IMG/VR virus record: IMGVR_UViG_3300044796_000657
Coordinates: 62,001-126,000 of that record
Direction: 5' to 3' (one strand)
DNA: 64,000 nucleotides
The notes beneath the pieces were generated by a model. The model saw nothing but the letters and a program-made list of their open reading frames with translations. It was not told the origin of the DNA and did no database searches. Shown piece by piece: positions 1 to 10,255 of the stretch. Numbering within the stretch: the first letter of the stretch is position 1; each line of letters begins with the position of its first letter. The translations under genes were made by a program, and so were the position numbers.

Positions 1-297
1 TGTTTTGAAAGTGGCGTAAAATGTGCTTTTGAATGGGTCTTGCTCGTATGCTGCTTTGTATTGTTCGTTTGGTGTGCCTGATACACTCAACGTTAACAGC
101 GGAGCAATTTCAATGGGCTTGACTGCTTTGACTTGCGGCTTAGTTGAAAGGAGATCGTAATTGCAGAAATCACAGATGATCGTGCCTTCAGGGATGCGAT
201 TGAGGCATCCGGGGCATTCGTCCATTGTGAAATCGTAACCACATTGGCATACTTCGCCTTGCGGTCGTGCTTTACATTGTGGACAAGTAGTAATCAT
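1..297 (-). CDS. Double zinc-ribbon protein (runs off the window edge); paralog of 27276..27767 and 27771..28397
   Basis: Translated by hand: MITTCPQCKARPQGEVCQCGYDFTMDECPGCLNRIPEGTIICDFCNYDLLS; ATG at 297 lies 8 nt after the 14-bp element. Confidence 0.8.
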   Translation of the reverse strand, partial: MITTCPQCKARPQGEVCQCGYDFTMDECPGCLNRIPEGTIICDFCNYDLLSTKPQVKAVKPIEIAPLLTLSVSGTPNEQYKAAYEQDPFKSTFYATFKT

Positions 298-305
298 ACC
301 AATAG

Positions 306-319
306 GGATGTATGGTCAC
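306..319 (-). promoter_or_regulatory. 14-bp element (variant GTGACCATACATCC)
   Basis: Contains the TGA stop of 316..681; ATG at +9. Confidence 0.8.
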
Positions 320-681
320 AGACCGCCCGACTTCTTGAGAACACGCCCGTTAACGGCATTGCCAATTTTTTGCTGTGAAACTTTGATTTTAGGCAGTTTG
401 CGTTTACCAGCCCACTTCAGCATTGTAGGCGTCAAGATAATCGTTGCGTTTGGATCTTTTGAACCAATCGTAATGATACTAGCGTAGAAGCTCACCCTTG
501 CCTCAGTGTTGGCCAATCGCATGATCTTCTCAATGATTGCTGTGGTTTCGGCTTCATTGAGTTTGGGGAATGTATCACCACGCTGAAATGCCGGAATCAA
601 ATCAATGATTCCTTGTCTTGTCGCAACAGCTTGAGCAGCCCTAGCAGGATCGCTCAAGTCGTTTAGTTCTGGGAATGGCAT
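316..681 (-). CDS. Hypothetical protein
   Basis: ORF; AGGAG SD before ATG 681 (MPFPEL). Confidence 0.65.
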   Translation of the reverse strand: MPFPELNDLSDPARAAQAVATRQGIIDLIPAFQRGDTFPKLNEAETTAIIEKIMRLANTEARVSFYASIITIGSKDPNATIILTPTMLKWAGKRKLPKIKVSQQKIGNAVNGRVLKKSGGL

Positions 682-915
682 GTTAACTCTCCTTTTGAAC
701 ATTCTCAAACAAAGTACGGAGAACCATAGAGACTTCGCTGTTTTCGCAATCGTTAGCAATGTCGTCAAATCCAAGTTGTAGATCAGGCTCATCGTATTGG
801 TATGCAAAATTGAGAATTCGCATAACAGTACCGAGAGCCAACAACTAGCTTTTCAGGCGTTCATGATCAACGGTAGCAAATAACTGTTTAAGAGGCTTGC
901 GTGTACTTGTCATGA

Positions 916-1128
916 TTATCTCATACATTGGAAGGGAACGGCAGTGACGTTGATGCTGATGTCATCTGATTTGATGGGGCAAATGACATCACTTGCGATT
1001 TTTTTGGCATGGTCTGCATTCTGAATGCCTTGGACGCCAGAGTTAAGGTAAAACGTAGGCACTTGATGCGTCAAATCGCCTTTTGCTGTGTGATGAACAA
1101 CAGTGGCATCAATGGCATATAGTAGCAT
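916..1128 (-). CDS. Hypothetical protein
   Basis: ORF; GGGAG SD before ATG 1128. Confidence 0.6.
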   Translation of the reverse strand: MLLYAIDATVVHHTAKGDLTHQVPTFYLNSGVQGIQNADHAKKIASDVICPIKSDDISINVTAVPFQCMR

Positions 1129-1151
1129 GACGTTCTCCCTTATAACCATGT

Positions 1152-1165
1152 GGGTGTATGGTCAC
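1152..1165 (-). promoter_or_regulatory. 14-bp element GTGACCATACACCC
   Basis: Exact copy; T/A at +8/+9. Confidence 0.85.
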
Positions 1166-1513
1166 TCATATCATGGGATCAAAGGCAAGGAAAGTGTTAA
1201 ACTTAGGCCATTGTAAATGAGTTGCTAAGTCTTTGTTTTTATTGGCCCACTTGGTATTACAAGCGTAACAAGCCATAACAGTGTTAGGTCGTTCTATAAA
1301 AAGTTCTATATCATCAAATAGAACCCAAACACCATCAAGTGCCCCACCCTTACTAACAGGTCGTATATGTTCAACTGTTGCCATATAATCAGGAAATTGT
1401 ATCCCTTGAGGCTGCGGTTGCGGCAACTCCGTTAAACCAAAACACCAGAAGCATGTTCCCATTTGCTTGAAGAACAAATTATCCAATACCTCTCGCTTTC
1501 TCTTGCTTCCCAC
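1166..1513 (-). CDS. HNH endonuclease-like protein
   Basis: CFWC ... TVEHIRPVSKGG ... NTVMACYACN. Confidence 0.8.
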   Translation of the reverse strand: MGSKRKREVLDNLFFKQMGTCFWCFGLTELPQPQPQGIQFPDYMATVEHIRPVSKGGALDGVWVLFDDIELFIERPNTVMACYACNTKWANKNKDLATHLQWPKFNTFLAFDPMI

Positions 1514-1522
1514 GACAGTTTC

Positions 1523-1645
1523 CTATTTTAATTCAACATCAATTTTACATGATGTTAAGGTTACCACGGAATGGTATTCGGCTTTGACTCGTATTTGCTT
1601 GTGCTGACATCCTGCAAGCAACAAGATAAGCATCCATGCTTTCAT
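1523..1645 (-). CDS. Small putative lipoprotein (40 aa, not in the ORF track)
   Basis: MKAWMLILLLAGCQHKQ...: basic N-terminus, hydrophobic stretch, LAGC lipobox; fills the gap between neighbouring genes. Confidence 0.6.
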   Translation of the reverse strand: MKAWMLILLLAGCQHKQIRVKAEYHSVVTLTSCKIDVELK

Positions 1646-1657
1646 TTGAACCTTTCG

Positions 1658-1927
1658 TTAGTTGATGCCAAGTGCGTGATAATTGGCCCGCACATCGGCC
1701 ATATGGTTTCGGTAAATGTTTGTGTGATTCGGCAACACGCTGACCAGATCATTACGGTGAACTTGAAACAGTTGGGGATACTGCCGAGGGTTGATACCGT
1801 ATTTCACCTTAACCTCTTCAACAGTGAGGTATCCCGGCGATGGCATCCAAGCAGTCTTGCAAACAACCTCCAGAATGATCGCTTCACGACTTCCGGGTTC
1901 AGGAATTTGGCTGAATGCTGCTGCCAT
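1658..1927 (-). CDS. Hypothetical protein
   Basis: ORF with GAGGGG SD, downstream of a 14-bp element. Confidence 0.6.
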   Translation of the reverse strand: MAAAFSQIPEPGSREAIILEVVCKTAWMPSPGYLTVEEVKVKYGINPRQYPQLFQVHRNDLVSVLPNHTNIYRNHMADVRANYHALGIN

Positions 1928-1954
1928 GATAAAGCCCCTCGTTGTTAACCATAA

Positions 1955-1968
1955 GGGTGTATGGTCAC
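1955..1968 (-). promoter_or_regulatory. 14-bp element
   Basis: Exact copy; T/A at +8/+9. Confidence 0.85.
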
Positions 1969-1969
1969 G

Positions 1970-2446
1970 TTATAGTTCAGGGGAAAATTCACAGATGTTG
2001 AAGTTGGGTGTATCCACAATGTAGGGCTTAGGCCACTGCATCCAAAAGTATTCACGACGGAGCTTGTGGAAGAGATCGCTTTGAAGTTTGGTTGCGATGC
2101 CAATGGTGTAATTGTCGTTTTCAATCTCTTGCGTGAATGCTTCGTTGAACATCATTGCTAAACGAGAGTAAAGGTTAACACGGAAAAATGTTTTGTCTGA
2201 TGTTTCGATGTGTAAGAATTCGCCACGCATCCGACTGCTGCAAATTCTGGATAGGTGAATTTGGGCATTGGCATCGTAAACGCCAATCCAAATGTATACA
2301 GGCTTTTCGAGTAACTTGCTACTGCAAATTGGCGTATACAATTTCACCAAAATGATTTTGGCAAATTTCTTGGGGGCTTCAATTGCTTTGCCATAAGCGG
2401 GCAACGCAAGAGCAGCGGAAATGCCTAAGAAGGTTCTGCGGTTCAT
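1970..2446 (-). CDS. Hypothetical protein with twin-arginine (Tat)-like signal
   Basis: MNRRTFLGISAALALPAYG. Confidence 0.6.
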   Translation of the reverse strand: MNRRTFLGISAALALPAYGKAIEAPKKFAKIILVKLYTPICSSKLLEKPVYIWIGVYDANAQIHLSRICSSRMRGEFLHIETSDKTFFRVNLYSRLAMMFNEAFTQEIENDNYTIGIATKLQSDLFHKLRREYFWMQWPKPYIVDTPNFNICEFSPEL

Positions 2447-2447
2447 A

Positions 2448-2759
2448 TCAAAGTCCCCTTGACCTTTTTCGTGTTTTTTCGATCATATCAGCACGCAATT
2501 TTTTGATGACGTATGCCAAAGCGTCTTGCAGTGCGATTTCGGTGGCAGGTATCGCTGTTCGTTGGGCAGTTAACACGCCAATCAAATTAATGATTTCCTT
2601 GGTGGTGACCATCTCTTCCAAAATCAACACGATAGGCGTGGCGGAATGCTGCGTTTCTTTTTTGAGTTTGGCAACACCATCTTCCCACGAACCGGGAAAA
2701 CTTTTAACCGAGGGCACTGAAGCCCCGGAAGTTGACCGATAATAGAAGTAGATGTTCAT
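2448..2759 (-). CDS. Hypothetical protein (probably leaderless)
   Basis: ATG exactly 8 nt after the element; no SD. Confidence 0.6.
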   Translation of the reverse strand: MNIYFYYRSTSGASVPSVKSFPGSWEDGVAKLKKETQHSATPIVLILEEMVTTKEIINLIGVLTAQRTAIPATEIALQDALAYVIKKLRADMIEKTRKRSRGL

Positions 2760-2767
2760 ACCAATGA

Positions 2768-2781
2768 GGGTGTATGGTCAC
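2768..2781 (-). promoter_or_regulatory. 14-bp element
   Basis: Exact copy; ATG at +9. Confidence 0.85.
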
Positions 2782-2952
2782 CAATTATCGGGCGGCCCAT
2801 GACATGACGGGCAAAGCGTTCGGCGTGACCACTGGCCAGCAACGCACTTGTATTCATTGCCAACATACCCACATTCATGTGTGAATTTGTTGAAAACGAA
2901 ACCGTTTTGGGTCAAGATTGCTGCTTTGAGAGCGTTCATGTTAACCTCAGAG

Positions 2953-3024
2953 TGGGCCGACCCGGATTCGAACCGAGAACCAAGACATTATGAGTATCCT
3001 GCTCTACCGTTGAGCTATCGGCCC
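2953..3024 (-). tRNA. tRNA with CAU anticodon, most likely tRNA-Ile2 (lysidine type); CCA not encoded
   Basis: GGGCCGA-TAGCTCAACGGTAGAGCA-GGATA-CTCATAA-TGTCT-TGGTT-CTCGGTTCGAATCCGGG-TCGGCCC-A. G1-C72 pair and no GGG/CCC anticodon stem argue against initiator; C4-G69/C5-G68 as in Ile2. Confidence 0.9.
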
Positions 3025-3219
3025 ATTGAATTCATTTCTCGCAGTAGCAGTGATTGGTCAAGTCCATCAACAATTCCCCGTTGACGTACTTTTCCCGTGC
3101 CTGCTTCACGGGCAGAAAATAATCCCTTGAGGCATCCCGTGAATCACGGATTATCCGAACCGTTTCCACTTTGATCTGTTTCCGTTTCACAATGAACTCC
3201 TTGGGATAGGGGCACGAAC

Positions 3220-3248
3220 ACTATAACCAATTATACCACTCTTGTCAA
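3220..3248 (-). promoter_or_regulatory. sigma70-like promoter upstream of a small ORF and the tRNA
   Basis: TTGACA-17-TATAGT. Confidence 0.7.
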
Positions 3249-4303
3249 TCATAAATTTTGATTTTTGTGATATGTCCGCATTTACAGACATACACTGCAT
3301 GTCTTCCGCTCCACATCTCCTTGAATGGTGAGGGTTTATTGCATTCAGAACACTTCACCTTTTCAGTTAAGAAGTTGATGATTGTATTTTTCAAACGAGT
3401 GAGAAATCTTAACATATTACTCACCTTTTGGGATAAGAGACAAGATAGCATGATCCCTTGACGGATGCGTTGGTGTGTCGCTAGAAAGCCATACTACGCC
3501 ATGTGACCAAACTCCTGTTGCAATCGCATAGTTGATCATCTTCTGACCAGACAATACATTGTCCGGATTTTTACAACGCAATCCCAAATGAGTAGTAATC
3601 GGATGAAGCGTTGGCTCTTGACAAGTAGGGCAAACAAGCCTTGCCATGAATGCTTCAACGTCGGCAAGAGGAATAGCGACCCATCGATTGCCGCCTACTT
3701 TCAACAAACAACCAACATGTATTCCATCCCAAAACATATCCTTGCCATTGATCTTTAACCGTCCTGTCCAACGCAATTTATACCCGTCTGGCAAGGAATT
3801 ACGTGCGCCAGCATCGAGACGTTGGTCGCCAGTGAAGCCGAATTTTTGGAAGTAGTGCCTCTTGCCAGCCACGACCTACTCCTTTGTTGAATTGATTTCA
3901 CCATCCGGGTGAATAGTGTAAGTAATGGTGCCGGGGCCATACCAAACGCTTTTGGTGGTGCCGGGCTTCCAAGCGGTATCAATTTTTTCCAAAACGATCT
4001 TGTGGGTAATCGTCTTGCTTTGAGGAGCCGGAAGATCGTTGTCGGTGTAATTCATACGATTAACTTTCGTAATGATTGTCGTGACCGGATTCATCGTAGA
4101 TTGGCTCCCCATACGGCAATTCATCATTGCAGTAGGCTTCGTGGGCCATGATGCCATCACGAAAACCTTCGGCAAAATCGGTATTACCACGCTTGCTTTC
4201 AGGAAGCACGGTTTCACCACCTCGCCCCAGATTCCAACCTTCCCAATACTGAGTTTCCTTGATCGTCATTGCTGACCCTCGTTAACCATTTGGACAACAA
4301 TAG

Positions 4304-4317
4304 GGGTGTATGGTCAC
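4304..4317 (-). promoter_or_regulatory. 14-bp element
   Basis: Exact copy; T/G at +8/+9. Confidence 0.85.
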
Positions 4318-5095
4318 TGGTTGTTTGGCTTTCTGTCTCTTATGATCTTTAACAGCATCTTTATCGTTGAGACGCCTAATTGTTCGACTGACATTACAAC
4401 CACGAATGCCAACCAAACAAACGCCCAAATTGGCAGCGTAACGAATAGTATAAGTACCATCGCTTTCTTTTGTCGCTTTGTAAGACATTAGATTTTACCT
4501 ATTCTGTCTCGGTTGTAGGAGGCAGTCATGTCCTCTTGATCGGTGGTCGTGACGACATTGCTGCCTTCAAACGCCACGATGGTATACACTTCCCCTACCG
4601 TCAAAGGAGCATATTTACCAGTGTAGCCTGTTGGCTTCTGAAGCAATCGTACCGACTCCCCCACTTTGAAGGTAGGATGTTTGATGGTCTTGCCGTGGGC
4701 CGGGCAAAAACCAACTTGATCGCACTTACAGACGACACCGGGACAAACAGCTTTGCCATTGTCGCCAAGGATATAATCGAGCATCTTAAGCATGTGCTGA
4801 CTCCGGTTTGTTGGTATCAATCATTGCCACGATTTTGCGAAGCCTTGTGATGTCCTGCGTTTCAAGCCAGTTCATCGGCAAGGATGAAATTAACAGTAAC
4901 CCCAAATTGAAGGCTTCATCACAAGTCAGAACGAGTTCCAATTCCCGATCCTTGATTGCCGCTGGCCCTGCTGTCACCTTTTGTTTGACATAAAGGCGAG
5001 TTACACCGTCAGTAATGGCGTTGCGGCGTGATGAAATCGGGTTCGTAACCAGTTGTGATGTTGTATCTTTCATGACAGCCTCTTGTTAACGTGAG

Positions 5096-5109
5096 GGGTG
5101 TATGGTCAC
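5096..5109 (-). promoter_or_regulatory. 14-bp element
   Basis: Exact copy; contains stop of 5106..5741. Confidence 0.85.
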
Positions 5110-5741
5110 TCAGGGATGGTAGCCAATATCGTATCAATATCGGCCAATTGGCCTTTGGTTACATGGGCTTGTCGTTCAAACAGATTGCCGAGATGCGGCC
5201 ATACGTGATCAGGAGTGATGCCATTACGCCAAGCCCGCAAACGTTGAGCGGCACCTTGAACTTTTTTGTTAGGCAAGTGTAGTTGGGCACATACATTCCA
5301 AATTGTTCCAATATGATCTTCGTAATCTGGATCTGACTCTGTGAATTGTTGAGCCTGCGTTGTGATCAATGGCTTGTTGCGAACACATCGCCCAAGGATT
5401 GTTCGGCACTTTTTGGCCGTTTCTTCCAATCCATAGTTAACACGATATTTGGGATCGAGTTCGTTAGGGGACATCCACGTTGACGCACCAGTACGAGCAA
5501 CGCTGATTTCATCTTCTGCCATACAGTCAAAATTTCCGACAAACGGTGCTGTGTCCATTGGAACAATGAGATACATATCATCAATGATGTTAACTACCAA
5601 CCATGACAATCCAATTGGATCGGTAAGGTCGGGCAGTACAAACACATCACCGATAGCAGCCGGGCCGTCTTTGGGCGGCTTGGCATTGGTGAGCTTAGCT
5701 GCGGCATCAGCAACGGCGGCTTTGATTTTGGTGGTGTTCAT
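5106..5741 (-). CDS. Hypothetical protein (probably leaderless)
   Basis: 211-aa ORF flanked by two elements; ATG at +9. Confidence 0.7.
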   Translation of the reverse strand: MNTTKIKAAVADAAAKLTNAKPPKDGPAAIGDVFVLPDLTDPIGLSWLVVNIIDDMYLIVPMDTAPFVGNFDCMAEDEISVARTGASTWMSPNELDPKYRVNYGLEETAKKCRTILGRCVRNKPLITTQAQQFTESDPDYEDHIGTIWNVCAQLHLPNKKVQGAAQRLRAWRNGITPDHVWPHLGNLFERQAHVTKGQLADIDTILATIPE

Positions 5742-5749
5742 AACTCTCC

Positions 5750-5763
5750 GGGTGTATGGTCAC
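5750..5763 (-). promoter_or_regulatory. 14-bp element
   Basis: Exact copy; contains stop of 5760..6086; ATG at +9. Confidence 0.85.
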
Positions 5764-6086
5764 AGTTGAGTTTTGCGGCCAGTGAGTACATTCACAACAA
5801 CTTCATTTTGTCCGAAAGCCGCACGCATTTCGTACATCTCTTCGGCGGTTGGTTCAACGCCTTCTTGCTGTTGACGATATTCTTTAACGAATGCTTGAAT
5901 CTCTTGTGATTGCGCCAATTTTTGGGCCGCACGATCTACCGGAATACCGTAAGATTCGCAGGAGTCCAATGGGCAGCAGCGATCCGTTTCCACCCATCGC
6001 CAAACCTTACCATCATCGGTATAGGCTTGACTGTCAAATGTCCAATTGCTATGACTTTTGGTGAAAGTTTCAGTGCGTCGTGCCAT
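5760..6086 (-). CDS. Hypothetical protein
   Basis: ORF between two elements; likely start MARRTE. Confidence 0.65.
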   Translation of the reverse strand: MARRTETFTKSHSNWTFDSQAYTDDGKVWRWVETDRCCPLDSCESYGIPVDRAAQKLAQSQEIQAFVKEYRQQQEGVEPTAEEMYEMRAAFGQNEVVVNVLTGRKTQL

Positions 6087-6128
6087 TTGAATACTCGGTG
6101 AGAGAGGATGTAACCAAGTTAACAAGTA

Positions 6129-6142
6129 GGGTGTATGGTCAC
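6129..6142 (-). promoter_or_regulatory. 14-bp element
   Basis: Exact copy. Confidence 0.85.
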
Positions 6143-7097
6143 TAAATGCCAATGCTTTTTATCATTTGTTTATACTTTGTGGATTTTGATTTCAATTGGA
6201 GGGCAGTGCGTATGACTACCTTGGCAGCAATACGTTTGAAGGCGAAGGATTTGTCCTTAAGTATTTCCGTGATTTGGAAAATGGTAAGAATTTCCTCCAA
6301 GAAAATCTCATCTTCTGGCTTCGATGCCCGCAAAACTGGAAGATTCTTCAATAGATCAAAGGCACGAACGAGTTGTTCATCGGTCACTGGGTTCTGGGGT
6401 ATTTTCATGGCATCCACGCAATGAATTTACAAGTTAGGGTAAGTTCGATTCGTTGGATTTCATCTTCACGACAATACACAACGAACCGAATGCCGTGTTC
6501 AAACATCGCTTTGCGAAACATTGGAATTCACCTCAGCCCGTGAAAGAACGTATCGGATGTCACCAAAGATTGTTAAGATCATATCATCGGCGTCTTTGAA
6601 ATCGCCATTACCAACATATCTGAGAATGAGACGTTGGCTCCTGTCGCTGTATGGAACACAAACATACTTCAATCCCATCACAAGGCTTCCAATTTCAAGA
6701 TAGCTCATGGCATCCTACCGGTAAAGGGGAACAATCATTTCTTCAACAGTAGTAGTTATGAAGACATCACCCTTATTAACAGTATTGCGGTTGCCTCGTT
6801 CGTAAGCGTATTCGCCAACAGCGATTTTGCGGTAAATGGCGTGGGGTTCGGGAATGAAGCAGAACAGATCGTTAACATTCAAGCCGCTGAATGGAATAGC
6901 CATGCCTTCATTGACAAAGCGGGAAATTGTTATCAGTCTGGGGTGTTCGGTATTGTTGCGATTGATCTTGATAGCACAAGACTCGCAATAGAGTCGATGA
7001 TCAAGTGAGTGATGGCAATTATCGTGGGGATTGGTACACCGAGTTACCGAACACTTAGGATTTTCTGGCATTGTTTATTCCTCATTGGTACCTATTA

Positions 7098-7111
7098 GGG
7101 TGTATGGTCAC
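7098..7111 (-). promoter_or_regulatory. 14-bp element
   Basis: Exact copy; contains stop of the GNAT gene. Confidence 0.85.
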
Positions 7112-7449
7112 TTCACCTTTCGCATCATGAAATAACCATCAACACGCTCATAAGTTTTGAATCCGAATTTGGTATAAAGTTTAATGGCAGGGTCATTTTT
7201 CTCACCAACAGCAATACGGAGACGCAGTCCCTTGGCGTATTTTTCAATCCATTGTAATACCTTTGTTCCGAAACCTTGACGGCGATAATTCTCATTTACA
7301 TGAAGATAACCAATGTAGATTTCGTCTTTTTTTTTGGTTGTGAGAATAACGTATGCAATGATAGGGCTATACTTGTCGCCGTCTTTGGCGACAAGTTGAA
7401 ATGACGGCCCTGCTACCCGCTCTAAATCGTATCTTTGCATGAGCAACAT
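7108..7449 (-). CDS. GNAT-family N-acetyltransferase
   Basis: LHVNENYRRQGFG acetyl-CoA motif; NDPAIKLYTKFGF. Confidence 0.85.
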   Translation of the reverse strand: MLLMQRYDLERVAGPSFQLVAKDGDKYSPIIAYVILTTKKKDEIYIGYLHVNENYRRQGFGTKVLQWIEKYAKGLRLRIAVGEKNDPAIKLYTKFGFKTYERVDGYFMMRKVK

Positions 7450-7912
7450 CGATCATCCTTATCGGGAAACGATACGCTTGAACGAGGGCAGGAAGAAATA
7501 GTTCTGCTTATCATTACTTGGCCAGAAGATTCGTACCAATCGTCCCCAACTCCATCCACAACCCTCATTGGACGGGAAGGAAATGTCGAAGTATTTACCG
7601 AAGATGGTAAATCCCCAACACTTAACATTCTTGTGATACCAATGAATCTTGAACATGTTATCCCCAATAAATAGGTTTTTCAACGATGTACCACTTTTCA
7701 AGCAATCGCTTACAAACAAATAAATCAACGCTCCATTTGCCCGGACAAACCAATTGAGGTTCGCCAAAATGGAATGTATCTTTCAAGACAGGATCATTGA
7801 ATTGCTTCTTGATCCACTCCACTGCTTTTTCAAATGTTTCACAAGGCTGAATTTCAAGCGATGTATTAACAAAAAAGATCACCATTGGCGTTCTCTCACA
7901 ATGCGAACATAC

Positions 7913-7941
7913 ACATTAGCCTACCATTTAGCTTTTGTCAA
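7913..7941 (-). promoter_or_regulatory. sigma70-like promoter
   Basis: TTGACA-17-TAATGT. Confidence 0.6.
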
Positions 7942-8171
7942 GCAAAATTATCGGATTTTTTTAACGAGAACGTAAACATGATTACTGGAGGCACCAACGT
8001 CGTCTTGAACAACGCTGATGTTCCCTTTGAATTTATCTTTCCATTTTTCTGCTGCCGCAATGACTACATTCAAATCGCCATTTCCGAAAAAAGTTTCTGG
8101 GAAACAGCGAACCAATTGATTGTTGACAGTAAAAGTCAGCATAACGTGGTATCGCATTTCAACCTCGCAAG

Positions 8172-8546
8172 TTAAGCCGCTTTACGGCATTGTTGAATGG
8201 CGGTTGCAACCTGAATGAGTTCATCGATGCTGCCGATTTCCTTTGCCGCTTTTTCCACAATGGAAATTTGGCCGATGGCACGATACAAACTACCATCGAG
8301 AATTTGCGGCGGCTTTACTTCCAAGCCAACCTTAATTCGCTCATCGGTAGAACGCAATTCACCCTTGCGAACCCGATTGCGAAGTTCGCTGAGGTAGTTC
8401 TTATTGTAGATCAACTTTAACTTCAACTTGATGTATGCCGCCAACTGAGTAGCACTTTTGATTGGCTTTTGTTTTTCGGTTTCAACAATCAAATCCACAA
8501 CGGATTGTTGTGTCGGACGATCAGTTTTTTTGGAAAGATTTTTCAT
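8172..8546 (-). CDS. Small basic putative DNA-binding (HTH-like) protein; resembles 57371..57718
   Basis: SATQLAAYIKLKLKLIYNKNYLSELR plus C-terminal helical hairpin. Confidence 0.55.
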   Translation of the reverse strand: MKNLSKKTDRPTQQSVVDLIVETEKQKPIKSATQLAAYIKLKLKLIYNKNYLSELRNRVRKGELRSTDERIKVGLEVKPPQILDGSLYRAIGQISIVEKAAKEIGSIDELIQVATAIQQCRKAA

Positions 8547-8585
8547 GACAAGCATCTCGTAAGGAAGTTGAGGGAACATCATGGA

Positions 8586-8599
8586 GGGTGTATGGTCAC
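8586..8599 (-). promoter_or_regulatory. 14-bp element
   Basis: Exact copy; contains stop of 8596..9222. Confidence 0.85.
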
Positions 8600-9222
8600 A
8601 ACACAATTTCCGACTCAGCAAATTCTTGATCCCTAATCGCCCATTGTTCCTCTCGGATACCCTCCCAAAAGGCGTTAGCGTTTAATTCATAAACCTTACT
8701 AATTGCCAGAGCAACTGCTCTAGCAATTTCTGGATTGTGGCCTTCCTCCACTTCATCCACAGACGGCGGTTCAGTGTTGGAATATGTCTGATGGTATGAC
8801 GTCACCATCCAAGAGGCAATTTCTTCGGCAATCTCGCCACCGATGGTTTTACGAACAACTTCCACAACGCCAGCACCAATAGACAAGTATTCGCCGGACA
8901 AATACACGATCTTTTCGTCCGCATCAACTTTAATTTGATTCCATTTGTCGGGGAGAAGTTGGGATGCTGCGTTTTTGATCATCACCACAAGGGAAGTGAA
9001 GCCCTCTTGCAACTTGACAATAGCCGCATCATGATCTTCGATGGGCTTGTATTTTCGGATCTCTTGTGGAGCGACGACGCAAGTTTGATTGCCGTTTTCA
9101 AAGTGAACGGCATGGTGGCCAATTCCAAAGCATTTCTGATAGGTCATTTTGGCCCATCGAGGTTTGCTTTGAACCCCCAACTTGACAAACGCCTTAACTA
9201 TTTCACCCTTTTTGAACTTCAT
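8596..9222 (-). CDS. Hypothetical protein
   Basis: 208-aa ORF; GAGGA SD. Confidence 0.7.
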   Translation of the reverse strand: MKFKKGEIVKAFVKLGVQSKPRWAKMTYQKCFGIGHHAVHFENGNQTCVVAPQEIRKYKPIEDHDAAIVKLQEGFTSLVVMIKNAASQLLPDKWNQIKVDADEKIVYLSGEYLSIGAGVVEVVRKTIGGEIAEEIASWMVTSYHQTYSNTEPPSVDEVEEGHNPEIARAVALAISKVYELNANAFWEGIREEQWAIRDQEFAESEIVL

Positions 9223-9247
9223 GACAAATCCTCATTGGTACCAATGA

Positions 9248-9261
9248 GGGTGTATGGTCAC
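9248..9261 (-). promoter_or_regulatory. 14-bp element
   Basis: Exact copy; overlaps a 20-bp palindrome at 9230-9249. Confidence 0.85.
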
Positions 9262-9265
9262 TTGA

Positions 9266-9493
9266 TTATTCGGCTTCGGCTTCGGCTTCGGCTTCGTTGA
9301 TTTCAGAAGTGATTCTTTCGGCGGCTTTGTGTGCTTCAATGGCAGCGTCACAAACGGTTTCCGCTTCGCCTGATGCCTCTTGATTATTGGAATAGCGAGC
9401 CAAGACGCCAACACCACGCCAACGAACTTCCCATCCCCACGTACCGTTTTTGTTGTTCAAAATCAGATTCAAGCCACCGTCAATATTATTCAT
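9266..9493 (-). CDS. Hypothetical protein ending in an EA repeat
   Basis: Start MNNIDG after GAGGA SD. Confidence 0.6.
   Translation of the reverse strand: MNNIDGGLNLILNNKNGTWGWEVRWRGVGVLARYSNNQEASGEAETVCDAAIEAHKAAERITSEINEAEAEAEAE
9269..9296. repeat. 6-bp tandem repeat (TTCGGC, about 4.7 units), encoding EAEAEAE
   Basis: Seen directly. Confidence 0.9.
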
Positions 9494-9520
9494 GGCATAT
9501 CCTCTTGGGTATGCCATGAT

Positions 9521-9534
9521 GGGTGTATGGTCAC
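9521..9534 (-). promoter_or_regulatory. 14-bp element
   Basis: Exact copy; contains stop of the CCA-enzyme gene. Confidence 0.85.
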
Positions 9535-10226
9535 CTGCTTCTAAACGTTGGCATTAACCAAAAATTACTCTCACTGCGAAAGAGACAATCCACCATTTTG
9601 TACTGAGTGAGGTAATGAATGGTTTTCGCCGTGCTATGGGCAAAGCACTTGTAAAGCTCTTCACGAATCCGCTCTTCACTGATAGTGGTCGTCAATTTAT
9701 CAATTAACGACTTATCACTAAAAGCATCTTGGATTTGATCGCAAAGCGTCACATCTTTAACGATGGCAAATCGGATTGCTCTCAGAATGCGTAAAGCATC
9801 TTCGTGGAATCGTTCTTTGGCGCTGCCAACGCATCGCAGGAACTTTGCCTTAAGGTCTGCGATGCCGTTGTGAGGATCAATGTATTCGCCCTTATCCTCA
9901 TCGTAGGCAATCGCATTCATGGTGAAGTCACGGCGTGCCAGATCATCGTACAGTGTGCCTACGTTGACTGTATCGGGACGACGACCATCGCTGTATTGTC
10001 CATCACGACGACACAGTACGAAGTCGGCAGGCTGTTTGCCGGGCATATGCGCCCTCACCGTCCAATACTGCGGTTGTTCGAGAAATACTTTCCCGCCTTT
10101 GGATTTGATCCAAGCGAGCATGGTTGCGTAATCGGGGGCTTCAACAGCGTAATCGATATCCTTGCTAACAACGCCAAGAAGTTCATCACGCACCGAGCCA
10201 CCAACACGATAATACTTAACACTCAT
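9531..10226 (-). CDS. cca: tRNA nucleotidyltransferase (class II CCA-adding / poly(A) polymerase family)
   Basis: VGGSVRD..G...DIDY, DLARRDFTMNA, EDALRILRAIRF; likely start MSVKYY downstream of the element. Confidence 0.9.
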   Translation of the reverse strand: MSVKYYRVGGSVRDELLGVVSKDIDYAVEAPDYATMLAWIKSKGGKVFLEQPQYWTVRAHMPGKQPADFVLCRRDGQYSDGRRPDTVNVGTLYDDLARRDFTMNAIAYDEDKGEYIDPHNGIADLKAKFLRCVGSAKERFHEDALRILRAIRFAIVKDVTLCDQIQDAFSDKSLIDKLTTTISEERIREELYKCFAHSTAKTIHYLTQYKMVDCLFRSESNFWLMPTFRSR

Positions 10227-10241
10227 GCCTTTTGTAACCAG

Positions 10242-10255
10242 GGATGTATGGTCAC
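10242..10255 (-). promoter_or_regulatory. 14-bp element (variant GTGACCATACATCC)
   Basis: One mismatch; C/A at +8/+9. Confidence 0.8.

Noticed and set aside
2953-3024. Initiator tRNA-fMet
   Set aside because: Has a G1-C72 pair and lacks three G-C pairs in the anticodon stem; elongator Met is not fully excluded.
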